Shown piece after piece: positions 29,199 through 39,214 of a DNA stretch of 64,000 nucleotides. Within the stretch, counting starts at the first letter, position 1. Each line of letters starts with the position of its first letter. The notes beneath the pieces are model-generated. The model made no database searches. It worked only from the letters and a program-made list of their open reading frames with translations, and was not told where the DNA came from. This DNA comes from a candidate division WOR-3 bacterium (lineage in GTDB: Bacteria > Hydrothermota > Tepidihabitantia > SM23-42 > JAOAFX01). The translations under genes were made by a program, and so were the position numbers. The stretch is taken from assembly GCA_039802205.1 (NCBI GenBank), contig JBDRWD010000003.1, positions 11,388-75,387 on the forward strand, read 5' to 3'.

Positions 29199-29762
29199 AT
29201 GGGTAGAGAGAAAAAACAGGAGATCCTCAAGGCAATCCGGGATTTTATAAGGGAATATGGTTATCCTCCTACAATTCGGGAGATTGCCCGGATGGTAGGA
29301 TTGAAGAGCACAAAAGGGGTAAAGGTTCATATCGACAATCTAGTAAAAGAAGGGTTGCTGAAAAAGACCCAGAGCAAGGCAAGGGGATTGATGGTAGAAC
29401 CGGTTAGACTGCCAATAGTGGGAAGGGTGGCTGCTGGGTTGCCTAATCTCGCTTTTGAAGAGATTGAAGGATATTTTGACCCTTTTTCCTGGCAGGACTG
29501 CTTTTTGTTAAGGGTGAAGGGAGATAGTATGATCAATGCCCGGATATATGATGGAGACCTGGTGGTGGTCCGTCCGGGCGGAGACGCCCAGGAAGGGGAT
29601 ATAGTTGTTGCCAATGTGGAAGGAGAGACGACTATAAAAAGATTGAGGGTAATAAACGGTAGATTTGTTCTGAAACCCGAGAATGATTCATATCCCCTGA
29701 TAGAGAAACCGTTTGAAATAATGGGCAAGGTAGTTGGAGTGGTAAGGGAACTCAACCCCTGA
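29199..29762 (+). CDS. lexA: LexA repressor
   Basis: 187 aa. Winged-helix N-terminus (YPPTIREIARMVGLKSTKGV), VAAG cleavage site and S24 peptidase motifs VKGDSM...K. Confidence 0.9.
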   Translation: MGREKKQEILKAIRDFIREYGYPPTIREIARMVGLKSTKGVKVHIDNLVKEGLLKKTQSKARGLMVEPVRLPIVGRVAAGLPNLAFEEIEGYFDPFSWQDCFLLRVKGDSMINARIYDGDLVVVRPGGDAQEGDIVVANVEGETTIKRLRVINGRFVLKPENDSYPLIEKPFEIMGKVVGVVRELNP

Positions 29763-29764
29763 TC

Positions 29765-30946
29765 ATGTTTCTTTGCATTGATTTAGATGCCTTTTTTGTT
29801 TCGGTAGAGCGGGCATTGAACCCGGAACTCAATGGAAAACCGGTGGTAGTGGGTGCATTGCCAGGAGAGCGGGGGGTGGTGGCTTCTGCTTCTTATGAAG
29901 CAAGACACTTCGGGATAAAATCCGGTATGCCCATTTCTCAAGCCTATAAATTATGTCCATGGGCAATCTTCTTAAGGCCAGATTTTCCTAAATATGAAGA
30001 ATTTTCCAAGCGGTTTGAGGAGTTTCTTTATCATTACTCCCCGGGCGTGGAAAAGGCTTCCATAGACGAAGCATTTGTGGATATAAGAGGAACCGAGCGC
30101 CTCTTTGGACCCCCTCTTGTTCTTGCTCAGCAAATCAAACAGAAGATCAAGGAGTTTCTCCGTCTCCCATGCTCTATCGGCATCGCCCGGACAAAGGTTA
30201 TTGCCAAAATTGCTTGCGAGCAATCAAAACCTGGTGGGTTGTTGATAGTCAATCCAGAAGAGGAAAGGAAATTCCTTTTTCCTCTCTCCGTTGATGTCCT
30301 CCCGGGGATTGGACCGAAATCACTAGTGGTATTAAAAAATTTGAATATACACACGGTGGAGGATTTTTTTAAGACCCCAGATTGGATTCTAGAGGTCGCC
30401 TTGGGCCAGGGCTATCGAACGATCAAATCTTTTCTGAATGGCGGTGATTACCGACTTTTAAATACAATCAAATCAATGAGTCATGAGGTAACCTTTCCCG
30501 AGGATACCAATGATGGGGAACTGATAAGAAGTGTGTTTTATCAGCTCATTGAGATTTTATGCCAGCGCCTCCGACAGAATGGATTGGCGACGCTTTTATG
30601 CATAATAAAATTACGGTTTTCGGATTTCAAAACCGTTACCCGGCGTGTTCGGTTACCGACTAGCACCAATTCCCAGCAGCGTATTTATAAGTTTTGTTTA
30701 CCGGTGCTTCAGGGGATGATGGAAGAAAACAAACGGATAAGGCTCATCGGGGTTGCTTTAACTGCTTTTCAATACGACCGGTTTCAACCTTCAATCTTTT
30801 CACTCCAGGAAGAGCGTTTGAATCGTCTCAACCAGGCCTTGGATAAAGCACGCCTCAAATTTGGTTTTAATTCCGTATTGCCCGCAAAAAATTTGGCGGT
30901 TAAATTTAATACCCGGGTTCATTCACTGATTACACCCCAGGGTTAA
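29765..30946 (+). CDS. dinB: Y-family DNA polymerase IV
   Basis: 393 aa. IDLDAFFVSVE and SIDEAFVDI retain the catalytic acidic residues. It starts 2 nt after lexA. Confidence 0.8.
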   Translation: MFLCIDLDAFFVSVERALNPELNGKPVVVGALPGERGVVASASYEARHFGIKSGMPISQAYKLCPWAIFLRPDFPKYEEFSKRFEEFLYHYSPGVEKASIDEAFVDIRGTERLFGPPLVLAQQIKQKIKEFLRLPCSIGIARTKVIAKIACEQSKPGGLLIVNPEEERKFLFPLSVDVLPGIGPKSLVVLKNLNIHTVEDFFKTPDWILEVALGQGYRTIKSFLNGGDYRLLNTIKSMSHEVTFPEDTNDGELIRSVFYQLIEILCQRLRQNGLATLLCIIKLRFSDFKTVTRRVRLPTSTNSQQRIYKFCLPVLQGMMEENKRIRLIGVALTAFQYDRFQPSIFSLQEERLNRLNQALDKARLKFGFNSVLPAKNLAVKFNTRVHSLITPQG

Positions 30947-30949
30947 AAA

Positions 30950-33694
30950 ATGTATATTCCAATTCTGTATCACAGTAATTATGGCCGGGGTGGTTCGGAC
31001 TTTAAAACCCTTTTTGAAACGCTGAAAGATTACCAAATCCCTGCCTGCGGGATTGTTGATGATGCCTTCTTCGGGCTCTATGAATTTTTAACTCGGGCAA
31101 AGGAATATGGGATAAAACCGCTCATCGGCGCCCGGGTAACAGTGAGTGGAGATCAAAATCGCGATCCAGAAAAAAAGTTTGCCATCTATCTTTTTATCAA
31201 GAATCGCATTGGTTACACAAATCTCTGTTCGATTCTCACCCGTCATGCCTTCCAAATGCTAGATACCAATTTTATCAAAAACCATGCTGCCGGATTGATA
31301 CTTATTACTAATGCAGTGCCAGCCCTTGAAGAATTTGCATCTGCTTTTGCTGGGCAATATTATCTTTTGCTTCCCGGTGCCTCCTACATGCCTGATAAGA
31401 AGGTACCGGTAGTGGGTGCTAATGAGATATTTTATGTCAAACCCCAGGAGAAGGTTATTTATCGACTCTTATCCAAAATAAAAAAATTTCCTGTTGAAGA
31501 TGGGAACAAAAAGATTTCTTATCTTATTAAACCCGACCAGTTTATAAGGTTTTATGAACCTCAATCACCGGCAATAAAAAATTCCTTGCGTATTGCCGAG
31601 GAATGTTCATATTTGCCAGATGCCTCCGAATGGATCTTCCCCTATTGTAAAAAATCGTTGGCGGAAATTATTAAGCCATTTCATTCAAGACTGAATGGTC
31701 AAGAAAAAAGAAGATTGGAATCGGAATACAAAATTATAAAAGAAATGGGCTTTGAGCCATATTTCGTTCTCATCTACGAATTGAAGGAGTTTGCACAAAG
31801 CCAGGGCATAAGAATGAATGTGCGCGGTTCCGCGGCGGCATCTTTCATTCTCTACCTGCTGGGTCTTTCAGTGGTTAACCCAATCAAATACCAACTTCCT
31901 TTTGAGAGATTTTTGAATCAAAAACGGCGTGAACCACCTGATATTGATGTGGATGTGGAATTCAACCAACGTGAACGCCTGATAGATGCAATTTATAAAA
32001 AATTTGGTAATAACCATGTAGCACGGCTCAGTATGATAAACAGGTTTCAGATTCGCGCCCGGTTCCGGGATACGGCGCGCGCTTTTGGTATCACCCCGGA
32101 GGAGTTAAAGAACATTAAAGACCATCTTGGAGAGAAATTAGTTGCTGCAATAATGAAACTCGGGGAACAGATTGACGGATACCCGCGGGCTGTCGCTACG
32201 CACCCGAGTGGCATTGTGATAACTCCGGAGCCGGTCGTTAGCTATGTGCCATTATATCCGGGTCCACTGGGTGCAATTACTCAACTGGATAAAGAAGGTA
32301 TCGGCGTTACCGGATTGGTGAAGATAGATATTCTCGGAGTCCGGGGTTTCCCGGAATTATATCTTAAACGGGAAACGATAGATTTTGCCGATGCTTCCGT
32401 CTATCGCTTCCTCGGGGAGGCAAGGACCATCGGTTGTTTTCAAATTGAGAGTCCAATGGTCCGGCAAATTTTAAAAAAAATCCGTCCCCAAAGCCTCCTC
32501 GATATTGCCAATGCAATTGCTATTATCAGACCCGGTCCAGCCCAGGGTGGTATGAAAGAGCGTTTTATAAAAAGATTGAATAATGCTGAGAAGATCACAT
32601 ATCCTCATCCGGACTTGAAGGATATTCTCCAGGAAACCTTAGGTATCCCAATATATCAAGAACAGATCCTGAATATTGCAAATCGTTTTGCGGGATTCAG
32701 CCTGGAAGAGGCTGACCTTTTAAGAAGGGCGATGACCAAGGAGCGAAATTCAACCCTCATGACGACGTTGAGAGAAAAATTTTTCCAGCAGGCACAGGCA
32801 TCCGGGTATAGCCGGAAAGAGACCGAGCAGGTTTGGCAGAGAATTGCCGCTTTTTCTTCTTTTAGTTTCAACAAAGCCCACAGTATTACCTATGCCACAC
32901 TCGCCTATCTGTCCGCCTATCAGAAATTCTACAACCCCCTGGAATTTTTTTGTCGACTATTGAATAATGAGGGTGGTTACTATCCCTTACATGCATATCT
33001 TAACGAGGCCCGGCGTTGGGGGATAAAGATTTTGGGTCCGGATATAAATAAGAGTGACTGGGGATTTACGATAAAGGATGGTGCATTGATCACTGGATTC
33101 CGTCATATTCGGAACCTTTCCTTTTCTACATTTGAAAAAATATTGAGGTTCCGACCTTTTAATAATGCAGAACATTTATTCGTGGCGGTCAAACCGGACA
33201 TTGAAGAAGGATTGAATCTGATAAGATCAGGCGCGCTTAATTTGTTTGGGGAATCCTGGAGTGCTTTATACTTTAAATTATTAAAATCCGTAAGAACTAC
33301 CTCCCGGAGGTCATCGAGAGAGCAGACAAACTTATTATTAGAAAATATCAATGCCGAATATTTTGGAGACTTTAATCAACAGGATAAGTATAAAGCACAG
33401 CTTTATACTTTGGGCTTTCTACCCGACCAACACATTCTGGAGTTTTTGTATCCCAACCGATCAGTGAAGTTATCGGAGGTTAGAGGAAAAAAAGAAGAAG
33501 TTGATGTGGTCGGTCTGGTGATTGCCCGAAGAATAATTTGCACCAGCAAGCATCGATTTATTTCATTTTACACTATTGATGATGAGACCGACCATTTGGA
33601 AGCAGTGGTGTTTCAACAACTGGAAGATGATAAAGCGATTTTAAAGATGAAAGGGCGTTTTGTTGATGATTGCTTTTATGTCCGGGTCTTGTAA
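30950..33694 (+). CDS. dnaE2: Error-prone DNA polymerase III alpha-like (DnaE2/ImuC-like)
   Basis: 914 aa. Pol IIIalpha palm/fingers motifs (PPDIDVDVE, GCFQIES, IAIIRPGP, IPIYQEQ), a degenerate PHP N-terminus (no HxH) and an OB fold at the C-terminus. It sits in an SOS operon. Confidence 0.7.
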   Translation: MYIPILYHSNYGRGGSDFKTLFETLKDYQIPACGIVDDAFFGLYEFLTRAKEYGIKPLIGARVTVSGDQNRDPEKKFAIYLFIKNRIGYTNLCSILTRHAFQMLDTNFIKNHAAGLILITNAVPALEEFASAFAGQYYLLLPGASYMPDKKVPVVGANEIFYVKPQEKVIYRLLSKIKKFPVEDGNKKISYLIKPDQFIRFYEPQSPAIKNSLRIAEECSYLPDASEWIFPYCKKSLAEIIKPFHSRLNGQEKRRLESEYKIIKEMGFEPYFVLIYELKEFAQSQGIRMNVRGSAAASFILYLLGLSVVNPIKYQLPFERFLNQKRREPPDIDVDVEFNQRERLIDAIYKKFGNNHVARLSMINRFQIRARFRDTARAFGITPEELKNIKDHLGEKLVAAIMKLGEQIDGYPRAVATHPSGIVITPEPVVSYVPLYPGPLGAITQLDKEGIGVTGLVKIDILGVRGFPELYLKRETIDFADASVYRFLGEARTIGCFQIESPMVRQILKKIRPQSLLDIANAIAIIRPGPAQGGMKERFIKRLNNAEKITYPHPDLKDILQETLGIPIYQEQILNIANRFAGFSLEEADLLRRAMTKERNSTLMTTLREKFFQQAQASGYSRKETEQVWQRIAAFSSFSFNKAHSITYATLAYLSAYQKFYNPLEFFCRLLNNEGGYYPLHAYLNEARRWGIKILGPDINKSDWGFTIKDGALITGFRHIRNLSFSTFEKILRFRPFNNAEHLFVAVKPDIEEGLNLIRSGALNLFGESWSALYFKLLKSVRTTSRRSSREQTNLLLENINAEYFGDFNQQDKYKAQLYTLGFLPDQHILEFLYPNRSVKLSEVRGKKEEVDVVGLVIARRIICTSKHRFISFYTIDDETDHLEAVVFQQLEDDKAILKMKGRFVDDCFYVRVL

Positions 33695-34989
33695 TTTTCT
33701 GGGATGGAATCAACAGTTATCTGCCGGCCTGCAATATTGTTGAATACCGCATAAAAGAATTGCACTAATCCCGGATTACTAATTTCGCCCAAGTACAAAA
33801 TCCTTTTGCAGATTTTCGAGATTGAATAAAATTCTTTTTTCAAAAGATAATAACCTTCAATCAACTCTTCAATCGTCATGTTTTTGGGCTTGAAGACCAC
33901 TGTAGAATGATTATATTTTTCCCAATCTTCAGTAAGAAGGCGTCCTTCTTTTTTCAGACGATAATAGAGCCTTGTCCCTGGATACGGAGTGAGGATGTTA
34001 AAAGTTGCAGTTGTAATCCGTGCTTTATATAAAAAATCAAGGGTTCTTTCGAATATATCCTTGGTATCTTCATCTAAACCAAAGACAAAAGAAGGATGGA
34101 AAAGTATCCCGGCATCTTGAATCTTCTTGACAGCGTCATAATTCTCTTCGATCGTTTTAAGGGTTTTTTTAAAACCGGCAGAGCTTTTTGCGGAGATGGA
34201 TTCGATACCGATGAACAACCCTCGACATCCTGCTTGATAACACAATTTCAATAATTCACTATCCTGGGCAATGTTTATTGTGCTCTGGCCGCCCCATTCA
34301 ATTTTTAAAGGTGCGAGCGCCAGAAACAATTCTTTCGCATATTTAGGGTCACCTACTACATTATCATCAAGGTTTAAGAAGATCTTAGAATCGGCATTCT
34401 CGATATCTTTAATGACAGTGGCAATCGGCAGGTGCCTAATCTTTTTTCCGAAAATATCACTTACCGAACAGAATTCACAGTTGTAGGGGCAACCCCGGGT
34501 GGTAAAGAATCCGGGCCATTTGTAACCGAGGATGACCGGCTCGAGTTTGAGATCTCGGCGCGGCAGAGGAGATTTACACAGATCAAAGGGTTCTGCTTTG
34601 TAAATTTTTTGCAGGCGGTTATTTTGGAAATCTTCAATTACCTTTTGCCACACTCCTTCGGCTTCGCCTACCACCACTGCATCTCCGTGCTGTAAGGCTT
34701 CTTCAGGAAGGACCGAGGCGTGTATCCCCCCAAAGACTACCTTTGTACCCATTTTTTTGAGTTGCTGGGCAATTTGGTATCCACGAGGAGCATTGGCGGT
34801 CATTATGGAAATACCGGCAAGGTCATAATGGTGGGCAAAGTTGATATCAGCCAATTGTTCATCGACAACGGATAGTTCAATATCGGGTGGAGTTAGGGAC
34901 GCAAGGATGTGAAGGGCAAGTTGGGGAATCTTCAAACCCAGTGGCGGCTTCCTAGGGCCAGAACGTGGTGTGACAAGTAATAATTTCAC
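33676..34989 (-). CDS. B12-binding-domain radical SAM protein
   Basis: 437 aa. An N-terminal cobalamin-binding-like Rossmann region is followed by TTRGCPYNCEFCSV (CxxxCxxC). GTG start. Confidence 0.75.
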   Translation of the reverse strand: MKLLLVTPRSGPRKPPLGLKIPQLALHILASLTPPDIELSVVDEQLADINFAHHYDLAGISIMTANAPRGYQIAQQLKKMGTKVVFGGIHASVLPEEALQHGDAVVVGEAEGVWQKVIEDFQNNRLQKIYKAEPFDLCKSPLPRRDLKLEPVILGYKWPGFFTTRGCPYNCEFCSVSDIFGKKIRHLPIATVIKDIENADSKIFLNLDDNVVGDPKYAKELFLALAPLKIEWGGQSTINIAQDSELLKLCYQAGCRGLFIGIESISAKSSAGFKKTLKTIEENYDAVKKIQDAGILFHPSFVFGLDEDTKDIFERTLDFLYKARITTATFNILTPYPGTRLYYRLKKEGRLLTEDWEKYNHSTVVFKPKNMTIEELIEGYYLLKKEFYSISKICKRILYLGEISNPGLVQFFYAVFNNIAGRQITVDSIPENYKTRT

Positions 34990-34995
34990 ATTTAT

Positions 34996-35023
34996 AATAT
35001 AGTTCTTTAGCTCATTTTGTCAA
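34996..35023 (-). promoter_or_regulatory. sigma70-type promoter (leaderless layout, GTG start)
   Basis: On the reverse strand: TTGACA, 16 nt, TATATT, then 6 nt to the GTG at 34989. Confidence 0.4.
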
Positions 35024-35039
35024 GGCAGAGTATCCAACA

Positions 35040-36401
35040 CTAAAGTAAATACTCAGCGGGGTTGAGATCGTACTTTTGGGGATAAACTGGCCGGATGATA
35101 TTTAACCTTTTTTCCTGGCTAAGATCAATGACTGGACCCGCAATTTTTTGTTTTCTATTGTTCATTACGATTTTGATTACGGGGCGGTCAATGTGCACAG
35201 GATTCTGGTGGATCACCACCGCGATTTCTGCATTATCCAGTTCAAGACAACTGCTTACCGGGTAAACGCCCAGGATTTGAATAAAGACTTTGACCAGGAT
35301 CGGGTCAAAATAGGAGCCGGCGTGGGACCATATCACCCGAATCGCCACCGGAGGTGGATAGGGCAAAATCTGGTAGGGACGGGAGGTGGTCATGGCATCA
35401 TAGGCATCGCAGATGCGGATGATACGGGCAAATAAATTGGGTTGCATTTTCGGATCGAACCGGTCTGGATACCCGGTACCATCGTAATTCCAGTGATGTT
35501 GATAGGCGGCGAGAAATGCAGCAAAAGAGATATCATCGAGACCTCGAGTCTTGATTATTTCGTTCACACCGAAGGTGGAATGTTTTTTCATGATCTCCCA
35601 TTCTTCCTCAGTAAGGCTCTGGGCTTTATCAATGAGCGCTTTAGAAATGGCTACCTTCCCGATATCATGGAGTAGCCCAGCGGTACCCAATTTTACGAGG
35701 TTTTTCCGGTCTAAATCCAGCCGTTGCCCCAGGGCTAAGGATAAAACTCCTACATTAAGTGAATGGTTATAAGTATATTCATCAAAATTTTTTATCGAGG
35801 TCAGAGCGATTAAGCCGAATTCATCCTGGCTTAGACTATCAATCAGTGTATAGACTACACGCCGGAAACTTCGAGTATCCACTGACTGCCGAGCCCAGAG
35901 GTGCTGGATTAAATTTTTCGTTACTTTTAACGCCTTGAAGTAGGTTTTTTTTACCTGCTCACCGTTTTTGAGAAATTCAGGTACCGGTTCTTCTTCTTGG
36001 GTGTAGAATTCCACAGTGATCGAAGGAAAATTTATACGCTGGTATTCACTGATAAAACCTTCCCGGTTCAATTTAAATAGCGTGGCAAACTTTAATATTT
36101 CGCTGGCTTTCAAACCCGGGAAAAAAGTTATCGTTTTTATCCCCAATCTTTTCAGATTTTCCTCCAGAAATTGCAGACTGGCATACCCTTCAATTTCAAA
36201 ACGCATCCGTATTTTATTGAAGAAGATATAATCCCGATATCTTAATATTTCAATCTGGTTGTTTGTCTGGAACAAAGTTTTTATAAGATTGAAGAATTTA
36301 TTTAACAGATTGATTACGACATCGTTATTGAATTCATAGACAAATGTCGCTTTGATTAAGGTATAAAAGTTCGCGATGAAATCTTTACCGAATTTATACA
36401 T
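35040..36401 (-). CDS. HD-GYP domain phosphodiesterase with an uncharacterised N-terminal module
   Basis: 453 aa. It has LLHDIGKV and HHWNYDGTGYP. It overlaps the upstream HEAT gene by 8 nt. Confidence 0.8.
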   Translation of the reverse strand: MYKFGKDFIANFYTLIKATFVYEFNNDVVINLLNKFFNLIKTLFQTNNQIEILRYRDYIFFNKIRMRFEIEGYASLQFLEENLKRLGIKTITFFPGLKASEILKFATLFKLNREGFISEYQRINFPSITVEFYTQEEEPVPEFLKNGEQVKKTYFKALKVTKNLIQHLWARQSVDTRSFRRVVYTLIDSLSQDEFGLIALTSIKNFDEYTYNHSLNVGVLSLALGQRLDLDRKNLVKLGTAGLLHDIGKVAISKALIDKAQSLTEEEWEIMKKHSTFGVNEIIKTRGLDDISFAAFLAAYQHHWNYDGTGYPDRFDPKMQPNLFARIIRICDAYDAMTTSRPYQILPYPPPVAIRVIWSHAGSYFDPILVKVFIQILGVYPVSSCLELDNAEIAVVIHQNPVHIDRPVIKIVMNNRKQKIAGPVIDLSQEKRLNIIRPVYPQKYDLNPAEYLL

Positions 36402-37950
36402 TTTTTAACTCCGTCGGGATAAACTTCAAAGCTGTTTCACAAACCGCCTTGATATCTTCGTTGCGCTTTTTTATTCCCCTTTTGAGGACCGCTATGGCTC
36501 GGTCGTTGCCGATCTTCGCAAGCGCACGCGCTGCTAATTGTCTTTTTATTAGATACCTTTTTTTGTTGAGCAAAACCCATTTGAAAAGTATACTCGCTAA
36601 GTCATTAATCAATTTATTGTTACCACTGGCAACCAGACAATCGAAATACGCCTTTTGTTCAGTATAATTAAGTTCAAAAAATTTTCGGTGTTTAATGGTT
36701 TTGATCAGTTTTGAATAAATGGGTGGGTAATTGAGTTTCGTCAAGGCAGTGAGGGCTCGGATTCTTACACTCTCATCGCTGTCTTCGAGGAAGGTGGAAA
36801 TTGCTTTTGCATCCTCAAGTTCTGAGAGGGCTTCAATTATTGCAGACCGTACCAGGGGTGAAGGATGTAAGGAAAGGGTTTTTAGGTGATTTTTTGCTCC
36901 AGGATTTTTGATCATTCCTAAGATCACAATAGCATTGGCTAAGGTTTTGATATCCCGTTCTTTTAAAAAAGGCATGACCGGTTCAATATCACCCTGACAA
37001 ATATAAGCAAGTCGCGCCTGGAGAGGGCGTAGACGTTCTTCATTTGCAATATTCTTGAGTATTTTAATAAACCAGGGCACAGCCTTTTTTGAGAAAAAGC
37101 CAACCAGGGCGATGAAATCGGAGAATGACTGTTCATCAAGTATATCCGGAATTCCAGCAAATCCCATCACTAATTCTTCGTTTTCAATTTGGGTCACCAG
37201 ATTGATATCAGCATAATTCCACAGGTAATTCACAATCATATTGGCGTTTTTAAAATCTTGAGTATTTAGACAAATTTCAAGTATCTCGGCAAGGGCTTCA
37301 ACAACCTCTTGGGTTTTGATATTTTTGTAAACATCAAGTAATACCTTGGTGACTATTTCAAAATCAGTCTGGTTTTCAATCTCAGCTATAGCGTTTTTTA
37401 GTATTCGGAGTTCATCCGGATTTATCTCCACCGGGATGCGGTCCTGAAAATCGATTTTTTCTCTTGCTAATATTTCATTAATTGCCGCATCGTAATTTAT
37501 GTCCAATTTGGGTAATTCGGGTAAGGTATAAGCTAACTTTTCTTCTTCCTCTTCTTCCACTACATAAAAATTGATATGGGAAAAGTCACATTCCCATAAA
37601 TTAAGAGCGATATCCTGGTCTCGCTCGGCACGGCTGATTATTTCTATAAACATTAACAATTCATCCTCAGTGAGTCCCTCGGTAAATTTGATCTCCCTTA
37701 TTCCATCTTTGAATAGCCTGAAGGCAATGCTGATATCTTTTTCGGTTTCTTCATAAATGGTCGTATTTTCATGCCGGAGGGCAAAACGTTCAATTTGTAG
37801 AATTAAATGGTAATTGATTTTTAAATACTCGGTGAGGTCTAAAAAAAATTGAAGGAAAAAACTTTTAAAGGTGGGATGGATGGTTTGGTAGATCTGGGCG
37901 GCTTTTATTGTTTTGACTAGTCCGATTGTTAAGTCTGGTATACTTACCAT
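36394..37950 (-). CDS. HEAT-repeat protein with an N-terminal module shared with the HD-GYP protein
   Basis: About 518 aa. C-terminal HEAT/PBS-lyase-type repeats (LHPSPLVRSAIIEALSELEDAKAI..DSDESVRIRALTAL). The ATG is at 37950; the track ORF starts one codon earlier at a TTG. Confidence 0.7.
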   Translation of the reverse strand: MVSIPDLTIGLVKTIKAAQIYQTIHPTFKSFFLQFFLDLTEYLKINYHLILQIERFALRHENTTIYEETEKDISIAFRLFKDGIREIKFTEGLTEDELLMFIEIISRAERDQDIALNLWECDFSHINFYVVEEEEEEKLAYTLPELPKLDINYDAAINEILAREKIDFQDRIPVEINPDELRILKNAIAEIENQTDFEIVTKVLLDVYKNIKTQEVVEALAEILEICLNTQDFKNANMIVNYLWNYADINLVTQIENEELVMGFAGIPDILDEQSFSDFIALVGFFSKKAVPWFIKILKNIANEERLRPLQARLAYICQGDIEPVMPFLKERDIKTLANAIVILGMIKNPGAKNHLKTLSLHPSPLVRSAIIEALSELEDAKAISTFLEDSDESVRIRALTALTKLNYPPIYSKLIKTIKHRKFFELNYTEQKAYFDCLVASGNNKLINDLASILFKWVLLNKKRYLIKRQLAARALAKIGNDRAIAVLKRGIKKRNEDIKAVCETALKFIPTELKNV

Positions 37951-37957
37951 CAATGAT

Positions 37958-37985
37958 AGTATAATAATTTCGCTGCGGTTGTCAA
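37958..37985 (-). promoter_or_regulatory. sigma70-type promoter (leaderless layout) of the HEAT/HD-GYP operon
   Basis: On the reverse strand: TTGACA, 16 nt, TATACT, then 7 nt to the ATG at 37950. Confidence 0.55.
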
Positions 37986-37997
37986 GTTTTTTCCTTC

Positions 37998-38025
37998 TTG
38001 ACTTTTGAATTTTAGCAGGTATAAT
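37998..38025 (+). promoter_or_regulatory. sigma70-type promoter of tRNA-Gly
   Basis: TTGACT, 16 nt, TATAAT. It lies 33 nt upstream of the tRNA 5' end. Confidence 0.5.
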
Positions 38026-38058
38026 TAGATAAAATTATTGCAGAATTGGCTTATGACC

Positions 38059-38130
38059 GCGGGAGTAGCTCAATGGTAGAGTCACGGCCTTCCAAGCCGT
38101 TGGTTGCGGGTTCGAGTCCCGTCTCCCGCT
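38059..38130 (+). tRNA. tRNA-Gly (anticodon TCC)
   Basis: The cloverleaf folds by hand. Acceptor GCGGGAG/CTCCCGC, anticodon arm ACGGC-CTTCCAA-GCCGT, T-loop TTCGAGT. No encoded CCA. Confidence 0.9.
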
Positions 38131-38157
38131 TTTTTATTTCCAATTCCAGGAGGTGTT

Positions 38158-38766
38158 ATGAGAAAAATTGTCTTCATCCTCAGTAGTTTGATTGTCAGCT
38201 ATTGTGGTGCACCCAAAGAGCAAAAGACTCCGACAGTCGTCACACCGGGCGCTAAGGAAAAATCCGTGGTGATCGTAATTGCGCATCGTGATTTCCGGGA
38301 TGAAGAGTTCAAAGAACCTTATGATTTGCTGAAAAATTCCGGATTTAAGGTTCTCGTTGCCTCCACGGATACAACCCCGGCTAAGGGAATGCTGGGAATG
38401 GTCGTTAAACCCGATATTTTGATTTCACAAATTTCTCCCGAGAATTTTGAAGCCCTAGTCATTGCGGGTGGAGTCGGTTGCAGGGAATTATGGGAAGATG
38501 TCACACTCCAGAGATTAATTCAGGATTTTAATCAATATCACAAGACGGTGGGCGCAATATGCATTGCCCCGGTGATTCTTGCCCGGGCGGGGATCCTTCA
38601 AGATAAAAAAGCTACGGTATATCCCCAGGTGGCTAACGAGATAAAACCCTATTGTGCTGAATATACGGGAAGTGATCTGGAAATAAGCGGCAATGTTATT
38701 ACTGCCTCTGGCCCCCAGGCCGCAAAAGATTTTGCCCGCGCAATTCTTGAGGCGGTGGCTAAGTGA
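38158..38766 (+). CDS. DJ-1/PfpI-family protein (lipoprotein-like N-terminus)
   Basis: The ATG at 38158 follows GGAGGTG. The longer track ORF would overlap the tRNA. The nucleophile elbow is GAICIAP. Confidence 0.75.
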   Translation: MRKIVFILSSLIVSYCGAPKEQKTPTVVTPGAKEKSVVIVIAHRDFRDEEFKEPYDLLKNSGFKVLVASTDTTPAKGMLGMVVKPDILISQISPENFEALVIAGGVGCRELWEDVTLQRLIQDFNQYHKTVGAICIAPVILARAGILQDKKATVYPQVANEIKPYCAEYTGSDLEISGNVITASGPQAAKDFARAILEAVAK

Positions 38767-39200
38767 AAGCGGTTTTGCAAAGGGTTAAAAGGGCCGAGGT
38801 TAGGGTAAATGATAAGACTGTGGCAGACATCGGTGAAGGGTTGTTAATTCTTTTGGGGATAAAAAGAGGTGATACCGAAGCACAGGCTGAGCAGTTGGCA
38901 GAGACGTGTGCCCATATTAGAATTTTTGAAGATATGAACGGTAAATTCAATCTTTCATTGAAAGATATAAATGGCGAGGCACTAGTCGTTTCGCAATTTA
39001 CCTTACTAGCAGATACCCGCCGAGGGCGACGTCCGTCTTTTTCTGATGCTGAAGAACCGACAAGGGCCAAGAGACTCTACGAGTATTTCATTGAGTGTTT
39101 ACAGAGTTTTTCAATTCCAGTAAAATCCGGTGTCTTTGGTGCCCGCATGCTGGTGGTCTTGGAAAATAACGGTCCGGTGACGATTATTCTGGAAGAGTAA
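38763..39200 (+). CDS. dtd: D-aminoacyl-tRNA deacylase
   Basis: 145 aa. [15 protein letters not shown]...LLILLGI...VSQFTL...GRRPSF...NGPVT. Confidence 0.9.
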   Translation: MKAVLQRVKRAEVRVNDKTVADIGEGLLILLGIKRGDTEAQAEQLAETCAHIRIFEDMNGKFNLSLKDINGEALVVSQFTLLADTRRGRRPSFSDAEEPTRAKRLYEYFIECLQSFSIPVKSGVFGARMLVVLENNGPVTIILEE

Positions 39201-39214
39201 ACGGTAAAGGTGGG

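Noticed and set aside
29765-30946. Y-family polymerase as catalytically dead ImuB
   Set aside because: The acidic catalytic residues appear intact (IDLDAFF and SIDEAF), so DinB-like is the better call.
30950-33694. Replicative DNA polymerase III alpha (dnaE)
   Set aside because: It is short (914 aa), its PHP metal-binding histidines are degenerate, and it sits in a LexA-controlled operon after a Y-family polymerase. All of this fits DnaE2/ImuC rather than the replicase.
38104-38157. Extended start of the DJ-1/PfpI ORF (track start 38104)
   Set aside because: The extension is encoded by the 3' half of tRNA-Gly. The ATG at 38158 has a GGAGGTG RBS and yields a lipoprotein-like signal peptide.
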